Program-made: the position numbers and the translations under genes | Assembly (NCBI GenBank): GCA_039815375.1 | Contig: JBCBZJ010000002.1 | Span: 207,920-271,919, forward strand | Direction: 5' to 3' | Length of the DNA stretch: 64,000 nucleotides | Source: Verrucomicrobiota bacterium | GTDB lineage: Bacteria > Verrucomicrobiota > Verrucomicrobiia > Opitutales > Coraliomargaritaceae | Notes under the pieces: generated by a model | Databases searched by the model: none | Told to the model about the DNA's origin: nothing | What the model saw: only the letters and a program-made list of their open reading frames with translations | Shown: piece after piece, positions 30,392 through 41,433 of the stretch | Numbering within the stretch: the stretch's first letter is position 1 | How the letters are laid out: each line of letters opens with the position of its first letter

Positions 30392-31446
30392 ATACAGAGC
30401 TGACCCGGATCATCGATTCCATTTGTGCTGTCGACAAAGCGCTTGAACCTCAAATTCAGGCACATCTCGACGACCTGACCCATCCCAAGGGAAGCCTTGG
30501 CCGTCTTGAGGAGATCGCCATGCGTTATTGCAAGATCCAACGCAGGCTCGAGCCTGTGCTGGGCAGGAAGATCATTTTTACCTTCGCCGCAGACCATGGC
30601 GTGGCAGCGGAAGGGGTGTCGGCATTTCCTGCGGAGGTCACGACACAAATGGTGTTAAATATGCTCGTGGGTGGTGCAGCGGTGAATGTGCTGGCCAGCC
30701 ACTCGGGTGCGGAAAATCGTATTGTCGACATGGGGGTCAATTATGATTTTGAGGACCGTCCCGGACTGATCGACCGTAAGGTGCGTTGGGGCACTGATAA
30801 CTTATGCAAAGGCCCGGCGATGTCTTTGGCTGAAGCGGAGCAGGCCTTGCTGGTGGGTGCGCAGTTGGCGCGTGACGCCCGGGATGAGAGCGCCACCCTA
30901 CTGGGAACCGGTGAGATAGGCATTGCCAACACGACTCCCTCCGCCGCCTTGTTCGCTGCACTGCTGGACCTCTCGGCAGAAGAAGTCACCGGACGTGGTA
31001 GCGGGATCAACGACGAACGCTTGCGGCATAAGACACAAGTGGTTCGCCGGGGGCTTGAGGCCAATCGGTCCCGGCTAGGGACTCCGATTGAAGTGCTTGC
31101 GGCGCTTGGGGGATTCGAGATTGCAGGTATCAGCGGGCTCTGCCTTGGCGCGGCATCGGCGGGCGTGCCGGTCGTAGTGGATGGATTTATTTCTTCAGCG
31201 GCAGCACTTGTAGCGTGCCGAATAAATCCACTGGTTAGAGACTATCTTTTCTTTAGTCATCGGTCTGCAGAATCCGGGCACAGTACTTTTCTGAAAACCT
31301 TTGATAGTCGTCCTATTTTAGATTTGGACCTGCGTCTGGGCGAAGGCACAGGTGCTGCGCTGGCGATGCATGTAATCGACGCTTCCGTTAAAATCTATAA
31401 GGAGATGGCAACTTTCAGCAGTGCCGGGGTAGCCACCAAAGAGTAG
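30388..31446 (+). CDS. cobT: nicotinate-nucleotide-dimethylbenzimidazole phosphoribosyltransferase
   Basis: [41 protein letters not shown]. Confidence 0.95.
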   Translation: MNTELTRIIDSICAVDKALEPQIQAHLDDLTHPKGSLGRLEEIAMRYCKIQRRLEPVLGRKIIFTFAADHGVAAEGVSAFPAEVTTQMVLNMLVGGAAVNVLASHSGAENRIVDMGVNYDFEDRPGLIDRKVRWGTDNLCKGPAMSLAEAEQALLVGAQLARDARDESATLLGTGEIGIANTTPSAALFAALLDLSAEEVTGRGSGINDERLRHKTQVVRRGLEANRSRLGTPIEVLAALGGFEIAGISGLCLGAASAGVPVVVDGFISSAAALVACRINPLVRDYLFFSHRSAESGHSTFLKTFDSRPILDLDLRLGEGTGAALAMHVIDASVKIYKEMATFSSAGVATKE

Positions 31447-31561
31447 ATCATTTTTAACACATAGCATATGTCGACGATAAGCATTCTACAGGATCATGAA
31501 TTTTCCCAATGCTCCCCCTTCTGGCGCAGCGCTTGCGAAAATCTAAATTAATTTTTCCAAT

Positions 31562-32281
31562 ATGAACGGCTTGGTAACAGCTTTCCGAACTCTGAGTATT
31601 CTACCCATACCAGGCAAAGATGCAAAGGACTTCTCCACGGCTCTGCCGTGGTTCCCGATCGTCGGGGCATCGCTCGGTGGACTGTTGGCGATACTTGCGC
31701 TGGCATTGAGTTCCCTGCCAACTGATGTTGCCGCTGGATTTTTGCTGCTCGCCGGGGTGCTATTAACCCGTGGTTTCCATATCGATGGGCTCGCGGATTG
31801 TGCCGATGGGTTTGGTGGTGGTTACACCCGAGAGCGCGTGCTTGAGATCATGAAAGACTCAGCGACCGGTGTATTCGGCACGCTGGCGATTGTCCTCTCG
31901 CTCTTCTTAAAATGGCTTGCTTTGAAGCATCTTCTGATGGTTGGAAACCTCGTCGTTATTGTTCTCGCTTACACCTTGTCGCGTGCGCTCATTGTCGAGC
32001 AAACTGTTTGTTGGCCCTATGCGCGCAAAAAAGGCACGGCGTCATCTTTTGTTGCCGGGGCAACACAACTACACCGCATCATCGCTTTATTGATTGCTGC
32101 CGCCGCTGCGTTTCTCGCAGCCGGACCTTTGGGATTCACCTATCTTGCGATTGCCTGGTTGGCCGCCTATGGAATCGGACTGTATTCAAAGCGACGCATT
32201 AAGGGCATTACCGGAGATGTGCTTGGTGCAACCAGCGAATGTGTCGAAACTCTGGTCCTCCTGCTTCCCTTGTTTATATGA
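31562..32281 (+). CDS. cobS: cobalamin synthase (adenosylcobinamide-GDP ribazoletransferase)
   Basis: [30 protein letters not shown]. Confidence 0.93.
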   Translation: MNGLVTAFRTLSILPIPGKDAKDFSTALPWFPIVGASLGGLLAILALALSSLPTDVAAGFLLLAGVLLTRGFHIDGLADCADGFGGGYTRERVLEIMKDSATGVFGTLAIVLSLFLKWLALKHLLMVGNLVVIVLAYTLSRALIVEQTVCWPYARKKGTASSFVAGATQLHRIIALLIAAAAAFLAAGPLGFTYLAIAWLAAYGIGLYSKRRIKGITGDVLGATSECVETLVLLLPLFI

Positions 32282-33783
32282 GCCATTCTAAAGCACGTTG
32301 TGTAGCACTGTTCGGCACCGGATCCGATGTGGGTAAGAGCATCGCGACAACTGCTATCTGCCGTATTTTCAAAAACAAAGGCTGCCGCGTCTCCCCCTAC
32401 AAGGCACAAAATATGTCGAATAATTCTTATGTCACCTTGGGCGGAGGTGAGATGGGGCGCGCACAGGTTGTCCAGGCGGAGGCTTGTGGCCTAGAGCCGC
32501 ATGTGGATATGAACCCGGTCTTGTTGAAGCCCAACACAGATATGGGCTCGCAGATTATTCTCCAGGGTAAGGCGATCGGGAATGCGCAGGCAGCCGATTA
32601 CTTTAAGGAAACCGGTCACCTTTTCGCCTCGGCTAGGGAGAGCCTGGCCCGCCTGCGCGAGCAGAATGATTTGATTGTGATCGAAGGTGCGGGCTCCTGC
32701 GCAGAGGTTAATCTACGCAAGCGGGACTTCGTTAATTTTGAAACTGCCCATGCGGCTGAGGCGCCTGTAATCCTCGTCGCGGATATCGACCGTGGTGGAG
32801 TCTTTGCCCAAATTATAGGCTCTCTGGAAGTAATGCCCAAGGAGGATCGCCAAAGGGTTGCCGGATTCATCATCAACAAGTTTCGTGGCGATCCTTCACT
32901 CTTTACTGATGGCATTCGCTATCTGGAAGAACGCACGGGGCTGCCTGTGCTTGGGCTGATCCCGTATTACCGTCACATTGAGATCGATCCCGAGGATGGC
33001 ATGCCTCTCGAAACGGCTATCGACCCGCCTGGATATTCCCTGCCAGGAAAGATTAACCTTGCCGCAATCCGCTGGCCGCATGTTTCAAATTTCACAGATT
33101 TCAATCCGCTGGTTCGTAACCCTGCGGTTTCCTTTCACTATCTTTCGAAGCCGCGGTCGCTCGAAGGCTACGATGCGCTATTTCTACCAGGCACGAAGAA
33201 TGTGCGTTTCGATTTAGACTGGTTGCGTGAAAAGGGCTGGGAAGCTCCGATTCGCGACTTCGCGCAACAAGGTGGGCGGATTCTGGGGATCTGCGGTGGC
33301 TATCAGATGTTGGGTAAGCAGATCCATGATCCCTTTGGGGTGGAGGGGGATCCGGGAAGCACCGCAGGGCTGGGTTTGCTGGACGTGGAGACCACGCTTG
33401 AGCAGCGCAAGGTGCTCTCACGTTCCAAGGGCAAGCTGGCGAATGGCACTTCGATCGAAGGCTAAGAAATCCACATGGGGCAAAGCACACTTGGGGGCGG
33501 CTCTGCACCGCTGATCTATTTGGACAGTCGCAATACGGTGGCAGTGGACGATACCGACGGCGCGATATCATCGGATGCGAAAACCGCAGGATGTTACTTT
33601 CACGGCCTCTTTGACTTCCCAAATTACCGAAATGTGTTCCTCTCGAGCCTGAATCCTGACTACGTCTGTGAAGACATCGAGATTGCTGCGCAGTTCAAGC
33701 AGAGGCAATACGATCTGCTCGCAAAACATTTCGAGCAACATCTTGATTTGGAACGACTCGAACAAATCATCTTTCAAGCATGA
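32278..33783 (+). pseudogene. cobQ: cobyric acid synthase interrupted by an in-frame TAA at 33463-33465
   Basis: [47 protein letters not shown], then EG*EIHMG where GYEIH is expected; the same frame continues to YFHG and the normal end. Confidence 0.85.
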
Positions 33784-34445
33784 CACATATAAGCAACGCC
33801 ATGGATATCTTACCTGAAGAACGAGACGCTGTTTACAAAACAATCCATAGCCGCCGCGATACACGTAGCGAGTTCCTGCCGGGCCTGATTCCAGAGGAAG
33901 TGTTGCAGCGAATCCTTGGAGCCGCGCACCATGCGCCGAGTGTTGGCTTCATGCAGCCCTGGGACTTTATTGTCGTAAAGGATTGCGATACCCGCCAGAA
34001 GATCAAAGACGGCTTTGAAGTGGCCCATGCCGAGGCCACGCGGATGTTCGAAGGGGAGAAACGGGAACGTTACCAGAGCTTCAAGCTCGAAGGCATTATG
34101 GAAGCGCCGATGGGTATTTGCATCACCTGTGACCGTAGTCGCACCGGGCCAGTTGTAATTGGCCGCACGGCCAACCCGGAAATGGATCTCTATAGTTCTG
34201 TTTGTGCCGTGCAAAATCTGTGGCTGGCCGCACGTGCCGAAAATATCGGTATCGGTTGGGTCAGTATCGTGAGCCACGATGTGATGCGCGACGCGCTAGG
34301 CATTCCCGAAGGCATCATGCCTATCGCCTATCTCTGCATCGGCTACGTCAGCGAATTTCATGATCAGCCCGAACTCGAAAAGGCCGGGTGGTTGCCACGT
34401 CTTTCGCTGGAGTCGGTCACCCACTACGAACGCTGGTCCAAGTAA
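33780..34445 (+). CDS. bluB: 5,6-dimethylbenzimidazole synthase
   Basis: RRDTR..F, APSVGFMQPW.F, KLEGI.EAP, S.CAVQNLWLAARAE.IG.GWVS. Confidence 0.93.
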   Translation: MTHISNAMDILPEERDAVYKTIHSRRDTRSEFLPGLIPEEVLQRILGAAHHAPSVGFMQPWDFIVVKDCDTRQKIKDGFEVAHAEATRMFEGEKRERYQSFKLEGIMEAPMGICITCDRSRTGPVVIGRTANPEMDLYSSVCAVQNLWLAARAENIGIGWVSIVSHDVMRDALGIPEGIMPIAYLCIGYVSEFHDQPELEKAGWLPRLSLESVTHYERWSK

Positions 34446-34451
34446 ATCTGT

Positions 34452-35486
34452 ATGCACCAACACGGTGGAAATCCTGATTTGGACTGTAAGCGTCTGGGCA
34501 TTACAAGCGGCGAGATCATCGATTTCAGCGTTAATGTAAGCCCACTCGGATTACCTCCGCAAATTCGAGTGCTCTGGGATCGGCTGATTGTTGAAAACGA
34601 ACAGTATCCGACACCCTATGGGGAAAGGGTAAAAACCTTCTACCATTCACGGTTCGGTCTGCCGGAAGACTGCGTTCTTCCGGGGAACGGATCGATCGAT
34701 TTGATCTACGATGCACCGCGCACGCTTGGCATTAGGCGCGCCTCAATCCCGCAGCCTTCTTTTCATGACTACCAACGAAGCTGCAAGGCATGCGGTGCAG
34801 AGATCATACACACAACAGCCGGTCGCTTGGATGGTTGCGATGCCTACTTTATTGGCAATCCGTGCAATCCAGCTGGCGGCCTTACGCTTGCGGAGGAGCT
34901 GCTCTCACTTGCCGATATGAATCCTTCTGTCAGTTTCTTTGTTGATGAAGCCTTTATCCAATTGGTTGATGAGCCAGGTCGATACAGCCTGCTGCAGAGG
35001 GATCGCTTGCGAGATAATATCATTGTCTTCCACTCACTTACTAAGGTTTACGCATTACCGGGTCTGAGGGTCGGTGCCTGTGTTTCCACTCCGGCAACAA
35101 TCGAGCGCTTGGAAGCGAAGCGACCGCCCTGGATGGTGAGTCGTCTCGCCGAGCAGGTAGCCGGAGCACTTGTGCATTGCAGCGATTATGAAGCAGAGCT
35201 TCGTCGCATGGTGCGTGCGGAGCGTGAACGCATCTATCAAGCCCTGAAACAATCGTCCGCTTATGAACCGGTTCCCGGCAATGCGAATTACCTGCTTACC
35301 CAATGGAAGGCCACGGAGGATCTCGATGACCTGCTTCGCTCACTCCTGAGCCAGGGACTCTACGTGCGGGATTGCCGTAACTTCCCCACACTTGAAGACA
35401 ATTGGTTCCGTATCGCAATTCGGCGTCCTGAAGAGAATGACCGACTGTTGGAGGCATTAAAGGCATGCAAAACAATCCAGGCGTAA
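34452..35486 (+). CDS. cobD: L-threonine-O-3-phosphate decarboxylase (PLP)
   Basis: HGGN, DFSVN.SPLG, NP.NP.G, VDEAF, SLTKVYALPGLRVG, RDC.NF. Confidence 0.88.
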   Translation: MHQHGGNPDLDCKRLGITSGEIIDFSVNVSPLGLPPQIRVLWDRLIVENEQYPTPYGERVKTFYHSRFGLPEDCVLPGNGSIDLIYDAPRTLGIRRASIPQPSFHDYQRSCKACGAEIIHTTAGRLDGCDAYFIGNPCNPAGGLTLAEELLSLADMNPSVSFFVDEAFIQLVDEPGRYSLLQRDRLRDNIIVFHSLTKVYALPGLRVGACVSTPATIERLEAKRPPWMVSRLAEQVAGALVHCSDYEAELRRMVRAERERIYQALKQSSAYEPVPGNANYLLTQWKATEDLDDLLRSLLSQGLYVRDCRNFPTLEDNWFRIAIRRPEENDRLLEALKACKTIQA

Positions 35487-36421
35487 TTCTGCTCGTTGCC
35501 ATTGTCTTGGATCGCTTTCTGGGAGATCCTGCCTACCGCATGCATCCGGTGCGTTTATTCGGACACTTGATCACTGCGCTGGAGCACGAACTTCGTAAAC
35601 GCGTCCCATCACTTCGACTCGCATCTTTTCTGCTCCCGGCATTGGCACTCTTTGCTACGCTCTTAGTCTATATACTTCTAACAAATTTTCTTGGAGACTG
35701 GGTTTGGGTGTTAAACATCTATCTCACTTATTCCTTGTTAGCTTTGGGTGATCTCTTGAAACATGCCAAGGCGGTCCAACAAGCCTTGAATGTGTCGGGT
35801 ATAAAAGTGGCGCGCCAACAGGTGCAACGGATTGTCGGGCGTGATACCTCTGTGCTCGATTCTGCGGGAGTTGCTCGTGCCACGATCGAGTCGGTTGCTG
35901 AAAGCTTTGTCGATGGAATACTGGCTCCTATTTTCTGGTTCGCGTTCGGAGTTGTTTTGTTTGGATCGACAGAGGGAGGAGTGTTTTGCCTGATCACATT
36001 CAAAGTGGTCAGTACGCTCGACTCGATGGTGGGCTACAAGAACAAGCGCTATCTTGTTTTAGGTCGAGTGAGTGCTCGGTTAGATGACCTCTTGAATTTC
36101 GTCCCCGCTCGTCTTTCGATTCCCCTGATCGCGCTTGCTGCAAAACTGCTCGGCAATGACGCCCGTGCCGCGCTTCACATCGGCCTGCGGGATCGTAAGA
36201 AGCACAGCTCCCCGAACTCAGCTCATGCAGAGGCCGCGGTGGCCGGGGCGCTGGATTTGCGTTTGGGCGGTCCAACCCAGTATCCGCATACTCTGGTTGA
36301 TAAGCCCTGGTTGGGAAAAGGCAGTGCGGAGGCTTCACCCGCAAAGATCGGCGCAGCACTCAGGCTGGTAACTCTCAGCACTTATCTCGCCGCAGGCATC
36401 GCTGTCTTCATCGTATTCTAG
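35465..36421 (+). CDS. cbiB: adenosylcobinamide-phosphate synthase
   Basis: GDP...HPV, IVGRDT, ES.AE...DG..AP, TLDSMVGYK, ARLDD..NF.PARL, SPNS. Confidence 0.92.
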   Translation: MQNNPGVILLVAIVLDRFLGDPAYRMHPVRLFGHLITALEHELRKRVPSLRLASFLLPALALFATLLVYILLTNFLGDWVWVLNIYLTYSLLALGDLLKHAKAVQQALNVSGIKVARQQVQRIVGRDTSVLDSAGVARATIESVAESFVDGILAPIFWFAFGVVLFGSTEGGVFCLITFKVVSTLDSMVGYKNKRYLVLGRVSARLDDLLNFVPARLSIPLIALAAKLLGNDARAALHIGLRDRKKHSSPNSAHAEAAVAGALDLRLGGPTQYPHTLVDKPWLGKGSAEASPAKIGAALRLVTLSTYLAAGIAVFIVF

Positions 36422-37026
36422 AAATCCACGCCCTCGCGTGCGGCGATGCCTTCTTTGAAGGCGTGCTTTACGCAGTTCACGTCCGAGACTGTATCCGCCA
36501 ACTCACGAATCGCGCTTCCACCGCCGCGACCGGTGATGACAACTGTTTGCTCATAGGGCCGATTCTTTATGGCACTTATGATGCGGTCTTCTGCCAGATA
36601 CTTGTAACCGAGCATATAAGTCAACTCGTCGAGCACGACTAATCGAATTGCATCATCCTGGAGTAAGTTCTCTGCGAAGTCCCAGGTTTTCTCCGCTGCT
36701 TCAATGTCACTGGAGCGGTCTTGCGTATTCCAGGTGAATCCTGTTCCCATTTGATAAAACGGGATCTCAGGGAACTTTTTCTGGATGAATTGCTCCTCGC
36801 CACTTTGCTGGGCTCCTTTGATAAACTGGACGATGCCAACATTGTGCCCATAGCCAAGGCTACGCAGGACCATGCCGAAAGCCGAAGTGGACTTTCCTTT
36901 GCCATTGCCGGTCAGAAGCACGACAATTCCGCGCGACTCCGTAGCCTCGGCGATCTTCTTATCAATGCGCGCTTTTTGTTTTTCCATGCGCGCTTTGTAT
37001 TTGGCCTGTTTTTCTTCTTCGTTCAT
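36418..37026 (-). CDS. cobA: cob(I)yrinic acid a,c-diamide adenosyltransferase (BtuR/CobO/CobA)
   Basis: TGNGKGKSTSAFG, QFIKG, GTGFTW, LDE, ITGR, KHAF..GI.A..GVDF. Confidence 0.95.
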   Translation of the reverse strand: MNEEEKQAKYKARMEKQKARIDKKIAEATESRGIVVLLTGNGKGKSTSAFGMVLRSLGYGHNVGIVQFIKGAQQSGEEQFIQKKFPEIPFYQMGTGFTWNTQDRSSDIEAAEKTWDFAENLLQDDAIRLVVLDELTYMLGYKYLAEDRIISAIKNRPYEQTVVITGRGGGSAIRELADTVSDVNCVKHAFKEGIAAREGVDF

Positions 37027-37290
37027 GTGGGCAATGAATATGGGTTCCTACTCTCCTCGAAATTGTAACATCTCGGGAGTATCGCAATGCGATACATGGA
37101 GTGCTCAGGCATTTCGGCGATGATGTGACGAACTGAGACGCTTTGAGCAGTTGGCAGAGAGAAGTGGACGGCGGCAACTTGGGCGAAGTGTAGGCTGTGC
37201 CGTTAAGTTCCGAGACCGTAGGCCGACAAGACCGGATCCGGCAACCGTCCAGTTTTAGGAGGTCAGATCAATTCTTCAGATTTGACGATC

Positions 37291-38139
37291 TCATTTAGCA
37301 TTTAGCCGAATCCTAAGCGCTTCTTTATGCTGCTTCTTTGCAGGATGCCGAAGCGCGTGGCGTATGACCCATCGGCGGTTCTTGATATGCACTGGATCTG
37401 TCATGGACCTCGTTTCTACGAGCCAACGCTCGCTGGTTTGCAACAAAGTTGGCAGGTTTGCTTTGCCAATGTCGCCAAGGTGGTTCGCAACTGAGCGCCG
37501 TACGTAAAGTTCGGGGTCGTCCTTGAGTATTTCGAGAAGAGGTAGTGTGAGGTCTGGATTTGTATCTATTTCCTTAAGGCGTATTGCCCAGGGTAGGCGA
37601 GGGCGACTGCCTTCGCTGACGAGTCTTCTCACGTGCGGATTCGGGTCGCGGGTCCATTGCCTTAGAAGTTCTAGGCTCTTATCTCGATGCTCGATGATGT
37701 AGCCGCGTATACTGAATTCTGCAGTGAAGCGCTTGGTCAGCTCATAGTTGGCCCGCATCCCTGCATCGAAGTGATTTGAGCTGTAACGTCCGATCAGCGC
37801 TGCGTGCGGCATGTAGAAGAACGGCTGTAAACCGTAGTCTTGAGTTGCTTCGAGTTCAGGTCCGAAAGACTGAATCAGAATTTTCGAGCTTTCCTCAAAA
37901 TCGTCAGGGAGCTCGCGCTGCAATGCGTCGGCTATATGTGCAGCTCTCTCTTTAAGCTCAAGTTCTTCGAGCCCGTTCTTCGCTGAAATTTTAAAGCGAC
38001 TTGTGCTGAAATGAGAAAATACCTGCTCTAGCGAGTCGCTAATTAGATCAACGAGTCTCGCATCGATAACTTTCTTCAGAGGCACTCCTGCTTGGATTGA
38101 GTTGGGTGCTGAAAAACGTTCTATTGGGTGACCAGACAT
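37291..38139 (-). CDS. DNA alkylation repair (AlkC/AlkD-like HEAT-repeat) protein
   Basis: LTKRFTAEFSIR, HVRRLVSEGSRPRLPW, D.ELYVRRSVANHL.DI.K. Confidence 0.85.
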   Translation of the reverse strand: MSGHPIERFSAPNSIQAGVPLKKVIDARLVDLISDSLEQVFSHFSTSRFKISAKNGLEELELKERAAHIADALQRELPDDFEESSKILIQSFGPELEATQDYGLQPFFYMPHAALIGRYSSNHFDAGMRANYELTKRFTAEFSIRGYIIEHRDKSLELLRQWTRDPNPHVRRLVSEGSRPRLPWAIRLKEIDTNPDLTLPLLEILKDDPELYVRRSVANHLGDIGKANLPTLLQTSERWLVETRSMTDPVHIKNRRWVIRHALRHPAKKQHKEALRIRLNAK

Positions 38140-38595
38140 TTTTTTTGTTACCTTTAAAGACGTCTTGTAGTGGCTGCAAGTGCTCGTCCTTTAAATCGTA
38201 GATTCAAATGGTAACTTGGAGATGCTGTTTCCTATTTCCACCGGTCCTGAGCGTGCCGCTGCCAATTATCGAGTAGTCTGAAGCACTAATTCTTGGCTAA
38301 TTCTACGGAAAGGTGAACTGAAAAACCAAATCGGCATTCGCATCTAAAACGATTTTTATATGAGTAAAACGGCGTAATTTAAAAAAAATGTAAGAGCTAT
38401 GTTAGTTGCTCTATTCTTCGATAGGCTCCTTTTTTCGAGCGTTCTGGGGTGATCTGCTTAATCGCAATATGATAACTAAAAAAAAGGTTATTTTGGATCA
38501 CAATACGTTGATTTGATTGGGTTTATGCGTTTTTTTAAAGTTCCCAATGAGTCAAAGTCTTCAGCAAATTACTGCCTGCATGGTTCCACTCGATT

Positions 38596-41400
38596 ATGAA
38601 TCGTAGCCGAGGGACTGTTTGGTATTTTCATATTATCGTATTCGTCATTCTCTTGTTTTTCTCAGGGATGGCGAATGCGGTAGTACTGAATTGGGAAGGA
38701 GCTGGCAACCTGGATGGCTTTGGCAATGCTCTGTGGAGTGATCCGGATAACTGGTTCGGTTCGAATGTGCCGAGCAATAATGACGAACTGATTTTTTCCG
38801 GAACAGGAAACGCGGTCGAGAGTTTCAATGATCTGAATGGACTGTCTATTGACAGGGTTGTTTTTGGAAACACCTCAAATGGCGAAAGCTTTGTAATTTC
38901 CGGCCAGCAGCTTCAGCTGACAGGTTCTATCACGACTGTCGCGACGACCGATCCTGACGAGATTGAGGATCAAATAGCATTGAATTTACTGATCGGCCAA
39001 AATGTAGCCATCAATACAGGAGCCGGCCATGGGCTGTCTATGAGTGGTTCAATAAGCGGTGCGGGTAAGTTGACTTTGAATAATGGCTCAAATTCGGAAG
39101 ACGATGGCACAGTCAAGCTTTCTGGGCTGAATACCTATACCGGCGGCACGGATCTCCAGGGCGGCACTGTAGCTGTTTTTGATAGTAATGCGTTCGGCTC
39201 TGGTGATGTGACGGTCTATGATCGGTCGAATACGAATCCGCGGTTGGAGATTGGTTCCAGCGGTCTTGTTTTGGCAAATACACTGATCTTAGAAAATCAA
39301 GGCGGAACGAAAACACTGGTATTCGATATCGATGGATCGGGAAATACTGCCGAGTGGGCCGGCGATATTGTTTTGAACGAAACGGGAGGGAACAATAATC
39401 GCCTCCTTGTTGGCGAAGGAGAAACCTTAACCCTTTCCGGCGACATCAGCGGCGCAGGCCGCCTTACCCTTCGGCGTGATACAACTGGGGGTGATCTGGT
39501 TCTGAGCGGAGACAATACCTTCGAGGGCGGCGTCCGTCTGGAGGAGGGGGTCCTTTTCATCGAATCCGATACAGCTCTCGGCACAGGTCTGCTCAGTATT
39601 CTGGATCGTGGAGTTACACCCGTGGCGGACTTCGCCGATGGGTTGACGGTCGCCAATGACATTCTGATTTCCAATACTGGCAGGAACAAGCGATTACGTG
39701 TGGATCGCGATGGTGCCGCTGCAACGACGTTATCAGGCAATATTGAAGTGCAGGAAACGAGGAACAACCAGTTTGATTACGAGGTGGGCGAGGATGACAC
39801 CTTGATGATCACCGGAGTGATCTCTGGTGTAAATGGTGGGGAGAAGATCGGTGGAGGCACTTTGATCCTGACCAATGCGAATACCTTCGGACAGGACTTT
39901 ACCTTGAGCGAAGGAGTTCTGGTATTGGCAAATGATAAGGCCTTAGGCAGTAGCACACTGACGATTCGAGACACTGGAGAGACACCGATTCTCACGCTGC
40001 AGGATGGTCGAACTTATGCGAATGACATTACGGTGTCCAACACCGGCGGCTCCAAGTGGATACTGATAAATGAGAGCGGCAGCGCAGTCTCCGCGACGCT
40101 CACCGGTGATATCGATATCGAGGAAACGAGTGCGCGTGCCTTTGACTTTGAGGTCGGATTTGCGGATGAGTTGACCGTATCCGGCATGATTACTGGGGCG
40201 ACCGATGCAGGTATTGAGAAGCGTGGTAGCGGCATCTTGCGGCTAACGAATGGGGCGAGTGATTTCGCAGGACCACTCTGGGTGAGTGGCGGGGTGGTCG
40301 AAGCCGGCAAGCTAGCGGATGCTGGCGTTGCGAGTTCGATTGGCACTAATAGTTTGATTGTTCTCGGTTCGAACGACGCCGATGGCACGTTGACGTATGT
40401 TGGTGTCGGCGACAGCACGGATCGCCAAATTATGGTAGGGCGACGTGGGTCGGATAACAATCGCTCCGGTGGTGCCGCGATCCTTAATAATGGCACTGGT
40501 GGTCTGGTATTTACGAACCCGAATTTCAATGTGGTTGATCCTGCGAGCGCAGGGCAAGTAGCAGCTCGAACCCTTGAATTGGGCGGGTCTTATGTTGCAT
40601 CTACAAATCGCATCGAGGGAGCGATCATCGACAACCGTGCTCAGAGTGACGGTTTTGTTGATGAGTCGATTACCGTTGAGAAGACCGGTCAGGGCACCTG
40701 GTCGCTTGAAGGAGACAACACTTACACGGGCGGCACAATCGTGCGGGAAGGCCTTTTATGGATCCGGGGAGACAGTTCAGGTGCGACAGGTGCTTCGATC
40801 GTTGAGGCGAACGCACGACTCGGTGGAGACGGTCAATTGGGTGCTGTCGTTGCCGTTGATGGGAGCATCGAGCCCGGGGCTGGCACACTCGGTGTGTTCA
40901 GTGTCGGTGAAATTAGCTTCAACGATAGTTCCAGTTTTGGTTTCGATATCGATTCGAGTGCAGCGGCACTCAACTCGGCTGACATGTTGGTCGTATCGAG
41001 TGGACTTTCGGCCAACTCAACGGGAAACATAAACCTGAGTGGTGATGCGAAGCTCGAGATTAATGATGTGGCGTTTTCCCCCTCTGCCTTCGACGAGGGA
41101 TCGGTGATTACCCTGATCAGCTATGATGGCGATTGGAATGGTGGCCTCTTCTCCTATGACGGTTTAACGCTCGTCAATGGTGGCACGTTTACCGCTGGTT
41201 TGAATACTTGGCAGATCGATTACGACGCTGAGTTTGCAGGGACTAACTTCAGTCAAATCAATCTCGGTGAAAAGAACATCGTCTTGACCGCAGTTCCAGA
41301 ACCAAGCTTTGGAGTTCTGAGTATTGGGTTGATGGTCCTTGGGAGGGTAGGTTGCCGTAGATATTCACAACAGAACCCCAACCGGACGGGCTCCTGCTAG
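38596..41400 (+). CDS. autotransporter-associated beta-strand repeat protein with PEP-CTERM sorting signal
   Basis: Repeated K.G.GTL.L...NTY.GGT....G.L units; C-terminal AVPEPS plus hydrophobic stretch plus RR; N-terminal signal. Confidence 0.88.
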   Translation: MNRSRGTVWYFHIIVFVILLFFSGMANAVVLNWEGAGNLDGFGNALWSDPDNWFGSNVPSNNDELIFSGTGNAVESFNDLNGLSIDRVVFGNTSNGESFVISGQQLQLTGSITTVATTDPDEIEDQIALNLLIGQNVAINTGAGHGLSMSGSISGAGKLTLNNGSNSEDDGTVKLSGLNTYTGGTDLQGGTVAVFDSNAFGSGDVTVYDRSNTNPRLEIGSSGLVLANTLILENQGGTKTLVFDIDGSGNTAEWAGDIVLNETGGNNNRLLVGEGETLTLSGDISGAGRLTLRRDTTGGDLVLSGDNTFEGGVRLEEGVLFIESDTALGTGLLSILDRGVTPVADFADGLTVANDILISNTGRNKRLRVDRDGAAATTLSGNIEVQETRNNQFDYEVGEDDTLMITGVISGVNGGEKIGGGTLILTNANTFGQDFTLSEGVLVLANDKALGSSTLTIRDTGETPILTLQDGRTYANDITVSNTGGSKWILINESGSAVSATLTGDIDIEETSARAFDFEVGFADELTVSGMITGATDAGIEKRGSGILRLTNGASDFAGPLWVSGGVVEAGKLADAGVASSIGTNSLIVLGSNDADGTLTYVGVGDSTDRQIMVGRRGSDNNRSGGAAILNNGTGGLVFTNPNFNVVDPASAGQVAARTLELGGSYVASTNRIEGAIIDNRAQSDGFVDESITVEKTGQGTWSLEGDNTYTGGTIVREGLLWIRGDSSGATGASIVEANARLGGDGQLGAVVAVDGSIEPGAGTLGVFSVGEISFNDSSSFGFDIDSSAAALNSADMLVVSSGLSANSTGNINLSGDAKLEINDVAFSPSAFDEGSVITLISYDGDWNGGLFSYDGLTLVNGGTFTAGLNTWQIDYDAEFAGTNFSQINLGEKNIVLTAVPEPSFGVLSIGLMVLGRVGCRRYSQQNPNRTGSC

Positions 41401-41433
41401 AGAAATTTTCCTAGAGATAATGACTTTGAAATC

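Noticed and set aside
31468..31551. 27-codon ORF between cobT and cobS
   Set aside because: No SD, no motif and no resemblance to CobC.
37027..37290. Possible third cobalamin riboswitch upstream of cobA
   Set aside because: The reverse complement lacks the GGGAA/GGTG and GCCCCCGCAACTGT-like core motifs.
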